Of a stretch of 63,877 bases of DNA, positions 13,440 through 26,326 are shown in pieces; the first letter of the stretch is position 1; each line of letters opens with the position of its first letter. A model generated the notes under the pieces. That model had not been told where the DNA came from and did no database searches. It worked only from the letters and a program-made list of their open reading frames with translations. The position numbers were made by a program, and so were the translations under genes. This stretch comes from Gracilinanus agilis (lineage: Eukaryota): contig NC_058132.1 of the NCBI RefSeq assembly GCF_016433145.1, forward strand, positions 529,888,903-529,952,779, read 5' to 3'.

Positions 13440-13680
13440 TCATTTTCTTTTGTATCTGGCTCTTCTTGATCCCATTTGAGGTTTTCTTGGCAAAAATACT
13501 AGAATCACTTGCCATTTACTTCTCCAGCTTATTTTACAGTTGAGGAAACTGAGGCAAAGTTAAGTGACTTGCACAGGATCACACAGCTAATACATGCCTG
13601 AGGCTGGATTTGAACTCAGAAAAATGAGTCTTCCTGACTCTAAGCCCAGTACTCTATCAACTGTGCCACCTACCTACCTA
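13440..13680 (-). mobile_element. MAR1 CORE-SINE
   Basis: cccatttgaggttttcttggcaaaaatactag tail and gaggaaactgaggc core. Confidence 0.8.
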
Positions 13681-14439
13681 GCTGTAAAGAACATTGAACA
13701 CTAAAATAAAAATAACAAGTGTGCTACCTGCGTAATATCCAATATAGGGAAGTCAAGAAGTAGTCAAGTATAGAGGAAGGAGCATTAGCATTGTCTCAAA
13801 AGTCTCAGCATTGTTTCAAATCCCATCTGGTGATGCTCACTACCCTGTGGGTTTGGGCAAGTTGCTTAATCCCACTAAGCCTCTGTTTCTTGGTTTGTAA
13901 AATGAAAGTTGGATTAGATGCCTTCTATTATCTTTTCCCGCTATAGATCTATGATCCTATGAAATAATTGGAGATCATGACATGAAGATCAGTTTGTTTT
14001 CAGGTAGAAATGGAAAACACAAGACATTATGTGTATATATAATTGACTTTCAAATAAAAGAAACTAGCTGCATTTTAAAGTTTCGTATAAAATAAAATGT
14101 TTAGTAAAATGGTTACGATTTAGTGAAGGCTAAATAAGAAGTCTTAATCTAATTATTTAAAGCATATAAATTCCTAAAAGTGGAACTCATTCAAATAAAT
14201 ATGTAAGATATTATTTCCCTATGCTTTATAAAGTCAGTTTATAAGTCTGATAAAACCTTTCTTTAATTAGATACCTAAATAAATTGAATTATATGAAATA
14301 TCTCCTATAGAGTAATGAAAAAATTACCGTAGAAATTACACGATACTTTCAGAATTGTGTTAGAAAAGAAACTAATTCTCCTTTGACTTTGTTCTTCCGT
14401 TGTCCTGTTTGTACTATTCCTATTTTTCCTCATTAATAG

Positions 14440-14499
14440 AACAGGCATCTTCGTGGCATATATTGGAACCAATAGAAGAACGTTCAGAGGAAGAAAAAG
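14440..14499 (+). CDS. DZIP1: DZIP1 coding exon (60 nt, phase 1-1): EQASSWHILEPIEERSEEEK
   Basis: taatag| acceptor after a pyrimidine tract and |gtagca donor. Matches recalled human EQAFSSHILEPIEELSEEEKG. Confidence 0.9.
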
Positions 14500-15194
14500 G
14501 TAGCAGTGGTGTCAATCAAGGCTTGGGTACATAAATTACTATATTTTTTATGAAAATAGATGAAACCTTGAAAATCTGTTATCTACAATGTTGTGATACT
14601 GTACATTTATATTAAGGAGATATTTAGAATTTATAAACATTTTCTATTTGTGACATATATATTCATCCACTTAACATTCAGCAAGTGTATATTAAGTGCC
14701 AACTCTTTGCACAGGCTTTTGGTATAAAAAACAAAAAAATGAAATAGATTCGAATCCCAAGGAGATCAGAACTGCTGAATGGATATACAACATATGCAGA
14801 TGATTTAAGTAAAAATATATACAACACAAATAATTTCTTGGGGGTACTAATAACAAGAAAAATCAGGCAACCACACAAAGGAAGTAGCTCCTTAGCAGAG
14901 CCTCAGAGGACTTTAAGGGTTCCAGGAGGTGGACATGAAGAAGAGGGGCATCATTCCAGCACAAAGATGGAAAATGTAATGTTTTGAATGGGGAAATGCA
15001 ACTAGGTGTAATATAGAATGAATTAAGGGGGAGAAATATGAAATAAGGTACGAAGTGTAGGGTGGAGCCAGATTGCAAAAGATTTCAAATGACCCCAAAA
15101 AGAGAATTTTATTTTTTTACCAGAAACAGTAAGGAGACAAAGAAGCTCTGTTACCTGGTCCCATTTCTTATTAAATACTTCCATTAAAAAAATT

Positions 15195-15378
15195 AATCCC
15201 TCACTTTCCATCTTAGAATCAATATTGGTTCCAAGACCAAAAATGGTAAGGGTTAGGCAATTGGAATTAAGTGACTTGCCAGGGTCAAACAAGCTAGGAA
15301 GTATCTGAGGCCAGATTTGAACCAGGACTTCATCTTCAGGTCTGGTTTTCTATCTACTGAGCCCTCTAGCTGTCCCCT
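15195..15378 (-). mobile_element. Mdo/MAR1-type CORE-SINE
   Basis: ttccatcttagaatcaatattggttccaag..gtatctgaggccagatttgaacc..ctagctgtcccc. Confidence 0.85.
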
Positions 15379-16654
15379 TCCATTTATTTTTATGGGAATA
15401 TACAGTGTTCCAAGCACAGTGCTTTTATTAGTAGGCACTTAAAATGCCGGCTGAGTTGAAATGGAAATGAATAAAATACTTTGAAAATTCATCCAAATCT
15501 AAATAGTTTAAAAAATTTCCCTAATCTAAGACATTAAAAAATTTTGGTGGCAAGTTTGCCCCTATATCACATACTATTAAGTGACTTATAAATATTTGCT
15601 TTATTAGTAAATACCAAAATAGTAAAACTAGTCAAAGGCAAAAGATGAAATGACCATTTCCATTAAAACAGTTTTAATAGCAAGAAACTCTGAATTTTAG
15701 GTGCTTTCATTTAAAATTAAATTGCTGACTTCTCTTGGGTAATAATTGAAACTGTTAGTGATTTGCTTTTGTTAATTCAATTTTTGACTAGTTTAATTAG
15801 AAGGTGTTGAAGTGATTCTTCAGCAAGATCATAAACAGATTATTTTAATACCATAGTCATAATTTATAAAAAATTTTTTATAACTAATTTGATATAATTT
15901 CAATGTCTCTGTATTATATGTTATAATGAAATAGGCTGTGTTTTGGGAAAGAAAAACAAATAGGTTTCATCCCTTACACTACTGAATTTCTTTGGCTAGC
16001 AAAGATCAGTGAATGATTTTGACCAACTCATATTTATGTCAGTTCAATTGGGAGGTATATATGGTATTTCACACACAGAAAACAGTTAATACTCATGAGT
16101 CCTCCCTCTAATTTCATTCTACCACCTGGAACACATATTACATACAAGGCAATTATTTAAATTATATTTATATATCCACTGGAAAAATATGTAAATTTTA
16201 AAATAATACCTGCCATCTTGGGGAGGGAAAGAGAACATAAATCACAAGGTGTCAGTTATTAAAAATTGAAACTACGTGTAGTTTGGGAAACAAACGTAAA
16301 ATGAAATAAATAAACAAGAGGACAATGGAGGGAATGTGATTGACTCAGGACAACTCATCCCCATCATGGTCTTAGACCAGTAGCTTCATCAAAATGGAAA
16401 AGAAGGATATCACATTAGGAGCGTGTCTTCATTACAGCACTAGTCATTTCAGGAATGATTTTACAAAATGGCGCAACCAGCAATCTAAAAGCATACATTC
16501 ATTTATCTCATTTAAACAACAGAAGTCATCTCTCCAGTTGGTGTGTTATCCCTTTGTTTCTCTTATTGCCCATTCTCAGCTCTCTTTGGGTGATTTTACT
16601 GCCTTTTGCTGAATGAGGCTCATTTTCTTTGTCGTTGCTCTGCCAGTATATATA

Positions 16655-16850
16655 TTTTTAACCCTTCCCTTTTGTCTTAGAATCGATACTAATGATCAAT
16701 TCTAAGGCATAAGAGCAGTTAAGGACTAGACAATTGTGTTTAAGTGGTTTGCCCAAGTTAACACAGCTAGGAAGTATCTGAGGCCAGATTTGAACCAGAA
16801 CCTGCAGTCTCCAGATCTGGTTCTCTATCCACTGAGCTGCATACCTGCCC
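16655..16850 (-). mobile_element. Mdo/MAR1-type CORE-SINE
   Basis: Same signature as the 15195 copy. Confidence 0.85.
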
Positions 16851-17154
16851 CTGTTTTGCTAGTGTTTTTGCTGTTGTATTTGACAGTGCATACTTCCAGA
16901 AATAACTATTTGGCCTTTGTTTTAAAATAATTTTAAAAGTAATTTGGTTTTTAAATTTTCTGCAGTCATTCAAATCATTGGAGACTTCTTAGCCTCTGAA
17001 AAAACCAGGGCTAAGAATTACTGCTGCTCATTTCCCAAAGAATAGGGAAAAAAAAGAAAAAAAAATAGGAAAAGAAATGAGACAGATTTTTGTGCTATAA
17101 TTAGGCTTCCTTATGGATTTTTATGATCATTTCTATCCCTTTTCTTCACATTAG

Positions 17155-17405
17155 AGGCAAGAAGGTGACTCACTAAGGTTAGAGTGCTGAATCTAAAGCG
17201 TGAAGAGCTTGTTTCCAGTCTACCTACAGACATTACTAGCTATGTGACCCTGGACAAGGCATCTAATCTCTGCCTCAGTTTCCTCATCTGTAAAATGAGA
17301 ATAAAAATAGCACCTCTATCTTGGGATTGTTGTGAGACTAAAATGAGATAATATGGTGAAATGCTTTTGCAAACCTTTAAGTGTTATATAAATGCTAATT
17401 ATTAT
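17155..17405 (+). mobile_element. MIR CORE-SINE
   Basis: gctatgtgaccctggacaag..cctcagtttcctcatctgtaaaatgag core and ataaatgctaattattatt tail. Confidence 0.85.
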
Positions 17406-18230
17406 TGTACCTCCAGAGTAAAAAAAATTGATATTACAGATACAGGACATATAGGTGACACATATCTTTGCTTATACAACACTATCCCACAGTGCTTTAA
17501 AGCTCAAAATGTGCTTTACTTACTTTTGATCCTCATAATGAGTGTGAGTTAAGTGCTCTTATAGTCCCCATTTTATCGATAAGGAAACTAAACTGGGAAG
17601 GGTTAAGTGATTTGGGCTACCAGTTCACAAATGACTGAGGCAAGATTCTAACTCCAGTTTTCCTCTGTCTCAAAGTCCATCACTCACTGTGTTATTTTAT
17701 AGGTCCTTTCATGATGGTTTTAATTCAATATTAATTCCATTAAATAAACAATTTAAACAAATATATTACTAATACTTAACAGAATTTCCTTTTCCGTGAA
17801 CATTCTGTTATCATATTGCAGGAATAATTTGCATGTTTTGTGTTCCCTTTATCTAAACATTTGCTTTGTAATTTCTATTGCACTGAAAAGTAAAATTTTT
17901 CCCTTTAATGTATAATATTCTCAAGAGTTTCAGGTTTTTTCCCTAAAAAAATCTATATCTCTGAAAGTTTGGCAATGGGACTTATTACTTTTGAATCCCA
18001 AACACTAAGGCTGAATTCATTTATAATTTCATGATTACATATAAAGTGTTTTCCTTACTTTTCATTTGTTTTGTTATTTCCTCGATTTGACTCACTTACT
18101 TTTTTAAGCTAGGGCAGAGTTAATGAATATTGTATGTTTAACCTAACTTTAGTCAATGAATTATCACCTCTACTTTAATTCATTTCTATTCTTTTAATAA
18201 TTAGTACACATTTAAACCTCTAAGTATTGG

Positions 18231-18540
18231 CAGAGATCATGCTGGTAAGTTTTTAATAACTAAAAAAAATCTACTCACAACACACTTTTAAATTCAATCT
18301 GCGCATCATTAACATCAATTTATCCTTAATAATCATTAACATCATTAGGTGATATGCATCACTTTCTTAAGTCTAGACAGTAGACAAATAAATTAAAAAT
18401 TAAAATAAAAACAAAGCAAAACAAAAAAAATCAAACCCTCATTTTGTAGGGCTTGCCTATTTATAAGGAGTAAATGAATGTAGAGTTAACAACTAACTGG
18501 CTTTTAAGAGCCAGTATGAGCTGGCTCCAGAACACCCTTG
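18231..18540. mobile_element. MER63-like hAT transposon (second copy)
   Basis: gctggtaag start, cactttcttaagtctagaca core and gagctggctccagaacacccttg end. Confidence 0.65.
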
Positions 18541-18944
18541 AATTGGGAAGCATGTCATCATTTAGGGAGTATAATTTCGAGCACTTAAATATCCCCGCCA
18601 AAATATCAGTGTAGTATCCAGAGGGAATAATACAGAAAAGCAATAGAAAACCATGATCTATATCATAAAAACATATAATATAGGAGAATAGAGGAGGTCT
18701 GTGAAACATTGAATGGATCTAAAGTTGCCTAGGGTTAAAATCTGAGAAGTTCTAGTCCAGAGCATGCCAATCAATTTGCTGGTTTAAGTTCCTGAGGTAG
18801 TTTCTAGTGCTAGTACAGTGCAGGGTTAAAGTGATTTGAGCAATGGGGGCTGGGAGTGGGGGGGGTGGTCTGCAGATCTCTGACATGCACTTGCAGGGAT
18901 TGTTTGATTAATTTGGATGAGTTCATCTTATCCACTGTTTACTT

Positions 18945-19250
18945 TTTCCTTTTTTTTTGTTTTATTTTATTCAGACTCATTTTTAATTTTTGTGTTCCAA
19001 ATTCTCTCCCTCCCTCCAGCCTTCCCCCTGCCTATTGAGAAAGCAAGCAAGACAATACTCCTAATATAGATGGGGTCTTATAAAAACCTTTTCCCATATC
19101 TCTCATGCTGCTGTAGGCTCAATCTGCCCTCAGATGCCAACAGTTCTCTCACTGGAGGTGGATGGCATTTTTATCATCAGCCCTTTGGAATTGTTATGGA
19201 GCATTGTGTTGATCAGAGTAGCCAAGACTTTCCCATTGACAATTGTTTTG
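18945..19250 (-). mobile_element. Marsupial L1 3' UTR fragment
   Basis: ccaaattctctccctccctcc..cactggaggtggatggcattttt..atcagagtagccaag is the antisense marsupial L1 3' end as recalled. Confidence 0.7.
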
Positions 19251-19940
19251 AAGACTTCTGTTCTGAAGAAATGGTTGTTGACTATCTCGGTGTAGTCAGA
19301 ATATCGAAGTGTATCAACATTTTCAAGTAAAAATGCTTCTGCCTTCATTGTCTTTGGTCACAATTTTTTTTTAGATCATACGCCTATAGCATTTGTCTGT
19401 TTTGTTTCTAATGAGTGAAGCTTCATAGCTTTTTGTAGTTTGCATTTTGGGTGCATACTCAGATTAAATTTCCCTGTTTTCTCCTGAAGTAAGATGTGAT
19501 CATACTGGTATTGGGCACTGAAAATGAACTAGCTTCTACTAGTGTAATTGCTGTGGGATCGTTGTTCTTTTAGGAGGGGGGGATCAGGAAACTCCCCATT
19601 TTGATTAGTTCTCCCATTTGTTTGATGAAATTGATTCTTGTCTTTGGAATCATTCCTGTCCGTGGCTTGTATGTATGAGCTACGGAAATGGCCCACCATT
19701 TTTCGAGGGCACTGGGCACTGGGGAATAATCAAGACTTCTCTGTGAATAGAAAAAAAGACCTAATGCACTTACCTAGAATAATGATGCTGATCGGTATCA
19801 TAAATATAGCAAAGTGCTTTAAATGTTATCATATTTGATGCTCATATGACAGCCTTGAAAAATAGGTTCGTTATTTATAGATGAACAGTCCAAGACTGAG
19901 AGTGATTAAATGACTTGCCCAGGATCACATAACTCCTAAC

Positions 19941-20247
19941 TGTTGTGTTTTAAAAATTTGTACCCTGGAGACTTCATTTCCTAGCATTTTTTACTCTTCC
20001 CAGGGTTCCCTTGTCTTGCATCCTGGTGTTGCATCCTGGCTTGGGTTTGTTTATAAATTTGCTGAAACCTATGCTGACGGGACTTTTTTGTAGAGCTTGG
20101 GCTTTGGCTCAAGCGTGGTAGGCTGCTGGGTCTCTGGCTCTTTGGTCTGCTCACTCGGCTGAAGGAACCCCTTTTCTCTCTTACTTTGTTTTTATTAAAT
20201 CCTATAAATTTAAATACTTGGAGTATTCATTCATTTTTAGTCTTACA
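19941..20247 (+). mobile_element. Solo LTR inserted into a MIR-type SINE
   Basis: TG...CA termini, ttataaa TATA-like box and attaaa poly(A) signal. The SINE halves on either side are continuous. No clean TSD seen. Confidence 0.65.
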
Positions 20248-21419
20248 GTATCCAAGGCACAATTCAAACTCGGGTTCTTCAGACTTCAAGCTCAGTATTC
20301 CATTTCATGTCCTATCTTCCTTTCCATGGGAGGTACCCATCTTTTGACAAGAGACCCTGCCCCATGGCAGAGATCCCTGGCTCAAAGGCCAACCCCATCA
20401 AGTTGGTTGGAGGACTCTTCAAACTGAGCAAGAACTCTCCTCTTACCTGCTACTTAAATAGAATGTCTAAAGCCCTTTTCTTTTGAAACCCTAAACAATT
20501 TCATAACAGGTTATTTAAAAGAACTTAAGAAAGTCACTGATACATGTTGAGTCTTAAAATCATTAATTATTTAATTATTGTTAATAATTAATAATTACAT
20601 TTATTTTTAAATAATGTCATGAAAAGTATCTCCCATATTCTGTCATAAGATTTCCAAGGGAAAACACTGTGAGACACAGTCCTGGACCAGAACACTGGCC
20701 CAGATCAGGCACTGATCATATTCAGCATGACATTTGGGTGTGTGTCTGTAGGATGACAGAAATAATTGCTTTTTGTGTTTTCAGTTATTGTGAACTGCCC
20801 TTGTGGGTGTTTAGGATGAACAAATATTACTGTTTGTAAGCAGTCAGTAAGCATTTATTGTTTGCTGCATGTCAAGTATTGTGTTAAAACGGGTAAAAAA
20901 GTACTAGCTATTGACCTTATTCTCATGATGGGAAGACAACAAAGACAACAAAAAAATCTGTACTGAGCGTGAAAAATATTCTTAGGGGGAGGCTCCAACA
21001 AGATGCAGAAGGGAGGTGTGAGGATGGCCTCCCATTTATTTGCATGACTTTATTTGCTACTGAAGCATTACATTAAAACAAAATAGAAAACCTCTCCTCC
21101 GGAAGTACTTGTGAACTATGTTGAGTCCAACATGATGTAGTATTTGAAGGAACCCAGTTTACACATTAGGAAACTGAGGTTCATGCCATGTCCATGATCA
21201 CATAGCTTTTATTAGCATCACTGGGACCATAGTTATAATTTTCTGACTCATTCAGTGTTCTTTCAATTTTGATACTTTTCCTTCTACTTAAAGTTCTTCC
21301 ATACAGCCATCAATTTGGAATGAAAAGTACTCATAATTAAAACTTGATTAGAATCTCCCTACCAGATGCAGAAGTTTCTTGTAATGTGAAAGTAGTTGTC
21401 ACGACCCCTAACTGTGGTT

Positions 21420-22440
21420 GTCCTTTAAGGTTCTGACTTGAGCCCATTTCTTTTCTTCCTCTGTTCTCTTGCTTGGTGATCTCAAAACCTCCCATGAGTT
21501 CATTTATCTCTGATGCTGATGATTTTCACATCTATTTACCCAGCCCTAACCTATCTCCTATTTACCAGACTTCTGTTTCCAATTCTCTATTGGACATCTC
21601 GTGCTGGATATGTGGTAGGCATCTTAAACTGAACATATCCAAAAAATATAAAATGAACTCATTATCTTTTCCTCCAAACTCTCACCTCTGACTGTTGAGG
21701 GCTCTCCCATTCTCCTAGACACTCTGTCCTGCAAACAGTCTTATCCTCAATCCCTCTCTTTCTCACCCTACATGTCCAAACTGTTGCCAAGTCCTATCCA
21801 TTTTACCTTCATACTATTTCTTATATACTCCTCCTCCATTCTGATACTGTTATCACCCTGGCGTAGGCCCTTATCACGTTATTTCTGGAATATTTCCATA
21901 GTCTGTTAGTTGGACTTCCTGCCTAGAGTCTCTCCCCACTTTAATCCATTCCCCTTTCAACTGTCAGATTGATCTTCCTAAAGCATAGGTCTGGCTATAT
22001 CACTCCCCCTTTTCAATAAACTCCAGGAGTCCCCTGTTGCTTCCAGGATCAAATATAAAACCCTCTCTTTGGCTTTTAAAATCTTTCATTACTGGACCCA
22101 TTCCTGCCTTTTTAGTCATTTTATGCCACATCGTCACTGACCTCCTAAGTTGTTCATTGCACAAAATACTTCATCTTCCAACTGGACATTTTCACTGGCT
22201 ATCCCCCTTTCATGGAACCCTCTTTCCTCATCTCTGGCTCCTGTCTTCTCTGGATTTCTTCAAGTTCCAGCTAAAATCTCAACTTCTACAAGAAGCCTTT
22301 CCCAATTCTCCATAATGCTAGTGTCTTCCCTGTGTTGATTATCTCCAGTTTATCCTCATAAATCTTGTTTAGACAGAGTTTTTTAAAATGTTGTCACTCC
22401 CATTAGACTGTTTGCTCCTTGAAAGCAAGGGCTTTCTTTT
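21420..22440 (+). mobile_element. L2 RT/3' fragment
   Basis: gctgatgattttcacatct (ADD motif region), ttggacatctc..aaactgaacatatcc, and 3' end cccattagactg..ctccttgaaagcaagg. Confidence 0.85.
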
Positions 22441-22449
22441 GCCTTTTTT

Positions 22450-23820
22450 TAAGACTGTAGAGCAGATACCCACCTGCATCAGTCAAGGAATCCTTCCTTA
22501 CCACAGTTCTCAGTAAATCCTGTCTAGTAATAAAAACTAGACTTACTTTAACATTGGCTGCTATTCATGGATGTTGCCTTCAAGGTTTCCATGCTCCTAG
22601 AGTTAGCTGTGATGTGGGTGAAAAAGGAGGATGAGGATGGATGGGAAGAAGGGAAAAGGAAGGTAGGGAAGCCAGAGGAAGGGAAGGGAGGTAGCCGAGG
22701 TGGCCGGTACTCAGTCCCGGTGGGGAAATTGACCCAAGCCCTTCAGAGCTCAACAAAAACCAAGCTAGATGATAGGGATATTAATAAACTGAGTTTGTTT
22801 AGATTAGGAAAGGGAAAAGTTAGGTAGGGGGAAAAAAGAATCTTCTCCGGTAGGTGCTTCTCCAAAAAAGGCACTTCCACTAGATGGGGAAAAAGGCTGC
22901 AAAAACCCATGGGATATATCTGAGGAAGTTAGGGTAGAGGATCCTGGGAGAGATAGTCTCTCAGAGTTAGTGCATTTTAAAATGAACATAGCTAAAATTG
23001 TAGTGGAAATGACCGAGGAAGCAAAGGTTCAAGCTTCCAAACATATTGATTCATTAATTATTAACTTATTAATTATGCCAGTTGCATAATAAATCGGGAC
23101 AGTTGTCTTCCTCAGCTTTGGCACTGGACCCCAAATACAGGGAGACAGACTTTTATACATTGAAAATAATCAAATAAGACCAATTAACTAAAAGAAAGTA
23201 ATTAACCAGGATATAAAATCGGGTAATTCTAATTGGAGGAAAGATTAGGGACTTTCTAAGCTGGGAGGGAGAGAGTGAACAGGTACAGTTCCCTGAAATC
23301 AGAAAAAGGGGTGTCCAATTACCCCTACTCTTTCTTTTATTCAGTCTAAGGAACATGGAAAATATAACTGATTGACCAGTACAGGAACAATTTTTTTTGA
23401 GATCAGACATATGGGTTGCTTGAGGTATATATAATTGTAAGAAAACTCCTTGCATCAATCTTTAGAACCGACTGTTTTCTGGTCAGTATCATTTTAGGTC
23501 CTTAGTTAAGGGTCACTAAGCAGCAGGGAGAGGTGGTCCAGGTTCCCAGCCAAGCAGGGCTAAGTTTAAAAGGTGAATGAAAGCTTTCTTACAGTTCCCA
23601 TAACTGAGCAGTTTTCTCACACAACAGAAATTGGACTAGATTCATAATTGAATAGAAGGGGAACTGAGCTAGATCCCAACACTAAGACACAAGATGGAGT
23701 CAGTGTGGTTCACTCAGCTCTCACAATTAACCACTTGCTGTCCTAAACCTCTCAATCCTTCAGATGTAGACATTTAAAAGATCAATGATACTTAGCAAGT
23801 TTTTTAAAAATTTTGCTTTA
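22450..23820 (-). mobile_element. Probable ERV LTR plus leader/internal remnant
   Basis: On the - strand: GACTCCATCTTG motif (about 23700), TATATA (about 23430), AATAAA (about 23340), an ataaaagtctgtctccctgtatttggggtcc U5-like end, and ...caac|TGG near 23080 followed by a pyrimidine-rich leader. Confidence 0.45.
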
Positions 23821-26174
23821 GTGACCCACAGCGGCAGCAACAAAAAGTTTGTTTCTGATAGAAATATATATATATAGAAATATATCTTTATATGTAAAAT
23901 ATATGTATATTTTTTGGGTCAGCTGAGTATTCTGCATATTGTTTACTCACACCATTTTCTTGATCATTTTTGGAGTTCTTTTAACTTTTTTGTGACTTTT
24001 TTATTGTGAACAAAGCATGTGGGAAACATAAAGCAAAACAACCCACCAAGATTTAAATTAAACTTAGGAGGCCAAAACATGTGTCATATTCATTCATTTC
24101 ATTCTGTGCATTAATATTAACAATAGAAAAGTGAGCAGTTCCTTTGTCAGGAAGCTTGGCCACGTATCCAGCACTTGGGAATTTGTAATCAAATTGTTTC
24201 TGTCCTATCCTATTTTGAGCCTATTCTTAGATCCCCATGACTCTGGGGACCAAAAAGCAGGACAAAAGCTAGAACCAGAGAAAATTTCAGGTCACAATGT
24301 GTTCTGTTTTACCTTGAATGCCCATAATAATTAGCCTAAAAATAGCTTTGGATGCATCAGAGTGGGCTCTGTTTTGTTGAATTCTCCGGTATCTTAGGCA
24401 TCACCTTCGACTTTTAACCCCTGGAGAAGTCTGCCTGCCAGCAGTGAAATGAATCAATGAAAGTGAAATTGACCATGATTGCAATTAAATTCATTAGCTA
24501 TGTAGATCTTGTAATCAAAAAGAAAACTTATGAAAGCCCCTACAATAGAGCCCCTCTTTTTTATGTCTGCTTAATATCTAGATGGCTAAACAGTCTTCCA
24601 TTGTAGTTTTTTTTCTTTAAAGAGCTAGATTTGTTGCATTTTAGTTTTAAGTAAAATTGTTCATGAATAAAAATACAGAAAACTTTTAATATTTTAATTG
24701 ATAGTGTTTAGACTGACTTTTATATGGTTGTTTAGGACTTTTTAGACATCAATAAAGTAGTAAAATCAATAAAGAAGCATCTGCTCAAAGGTGCCTGGTA
24801 TGCCAAGATAAATAGAAGACCTGTGAATCAAAAAGAATCCTGCCACCCATTTAGGAAGGAAGCCATCTCTTCCATCAAGGCTCCTTCTGGGTACCTTTTT
24901 CATCCTGAAGCCCTCACTTGGTCTTTCTTCATGCAAAAGTGATCTTTCATTTTTGTAAATATTCTTTCCTTCCTATTAAGTTGTAAAAAAAAAAAAGTAA
25001 AAAAAAAAAACAAAACCCAAACAACTTTATACTCCTAGTGCCCATCATAGTGCCCTGTTCTAAATATTTGTTAAGTAGCATTGATAAAAGTCACAGAAGT
25101 AGTTAGTGGCAGAGCTGGTTTCAGAGGTCACAATCCTACAAAAGACTTGGATTTAGAAAAGCTTTTTATTGGCGTTGGGGTAGGACTGGTAGTAGAGGAA
25201 TAACAGAGGAAGGGGGAAGAAGGAAGCCAAAAAGCCAAATTAAAATGAGGTTTATCTTTTGGGTTTCTTCTTAGTTGTTGACTGTGGCAGGACCAAAACT
25301 TGAAACAAAACATAACAAAACAAAAAACTCTAAACATTTCACTTTTTTTCAAAACTCTGCAAATTTTGGGGGTGAGGGGAACATATTATTTTAATATTTT
25401 AACATTTACTTAACCTTAAAATACTTTTTTACCATTTTGTAAATTTTTTATGTAATTTATAACATTAAAAATATAATTTACAAAATTATAAAATAAAATT
25501 TTGTAAAAATTTAAAATAAAATTTTATAACATTTGTTTAAAAACTTTTACTGTTGAAAAGGAATTACATTTTAAAAATATAATATGACTTATGAAGTGGA
25601 TCATAGGATCATAAAGTTAGGACTACAATTTGGGGAATGGCTAATTAGAACTGGAAGGAATGTTGGAGATCTTCTTGACCAGTTTTCTCATTTTACCTCT
25701 AAGGAAAATTCAGTGTAAAATGGCTAAACGTATTATCTTATGGCACATAGCTAATTCTGGATTTGAACCTGGAACCTGGAAGTCCAATAGGCTTATTACT
25801 GTAGTCTGCAGGTTTAGTCAATAGAAGTATTTTCCATAAGAAAAAAGTAAAAGTCAAATACATTTTTCTATTGCTTCGACAAATATGTATCTATATACAA
25901 ATATTTGTGTATATACATATGTGTTTTATTGTATATTTTGTTATAATTTGAACAAGAAGTCATATGGTGGTTTTTGTGAAATATTTGTGTTAGGTTACAA
26001 TTTTTGAGACTATTCAATAGTTTTCAAAGTTTTGGAGAATAATAAGCAGTATTTCTTATGAAAAAAGTTAACATCCTTGCTTCCTGCAATTAAAAAAAAT
26101 CATTTGTTTTAGCCTTGAGATGTTGCATAATAATTAATTTCATTTTCAGAATGTAATTTTATCTCTTATTTCAG

Positions 26175-26326
26175 GAGCAAAAGAAAAGGAGAATGAGAAG
26201 AAATTAACTAATGACAAACTGCACTTGATAAAAGCTTTGAAGAGCCATCCTTCTCTCACTAAAGAGTTAAGAACGGTCTTAGAACAGACATTGGTGGAGA
26301 AACTGGAAACCTTGGGAATTAGCGCA
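26175..26326 (+). CDS. DZIP1: DZIP1 coding exon (152 nt): (G)AKEKENEKKLTNDKLHLIKALKSHPSLTKELRTVLEQTLVEKLETLGISA
   Basis: tttcag| acceptor and |gtaagc donor. Matches recalled human RENEQKLNNNKMHLRKALKSNSSLTKGLRTMVEQNLMEKLETLGINA. An alternative in-frame AG lies 9 nt downstream. Confidence 0.92.
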
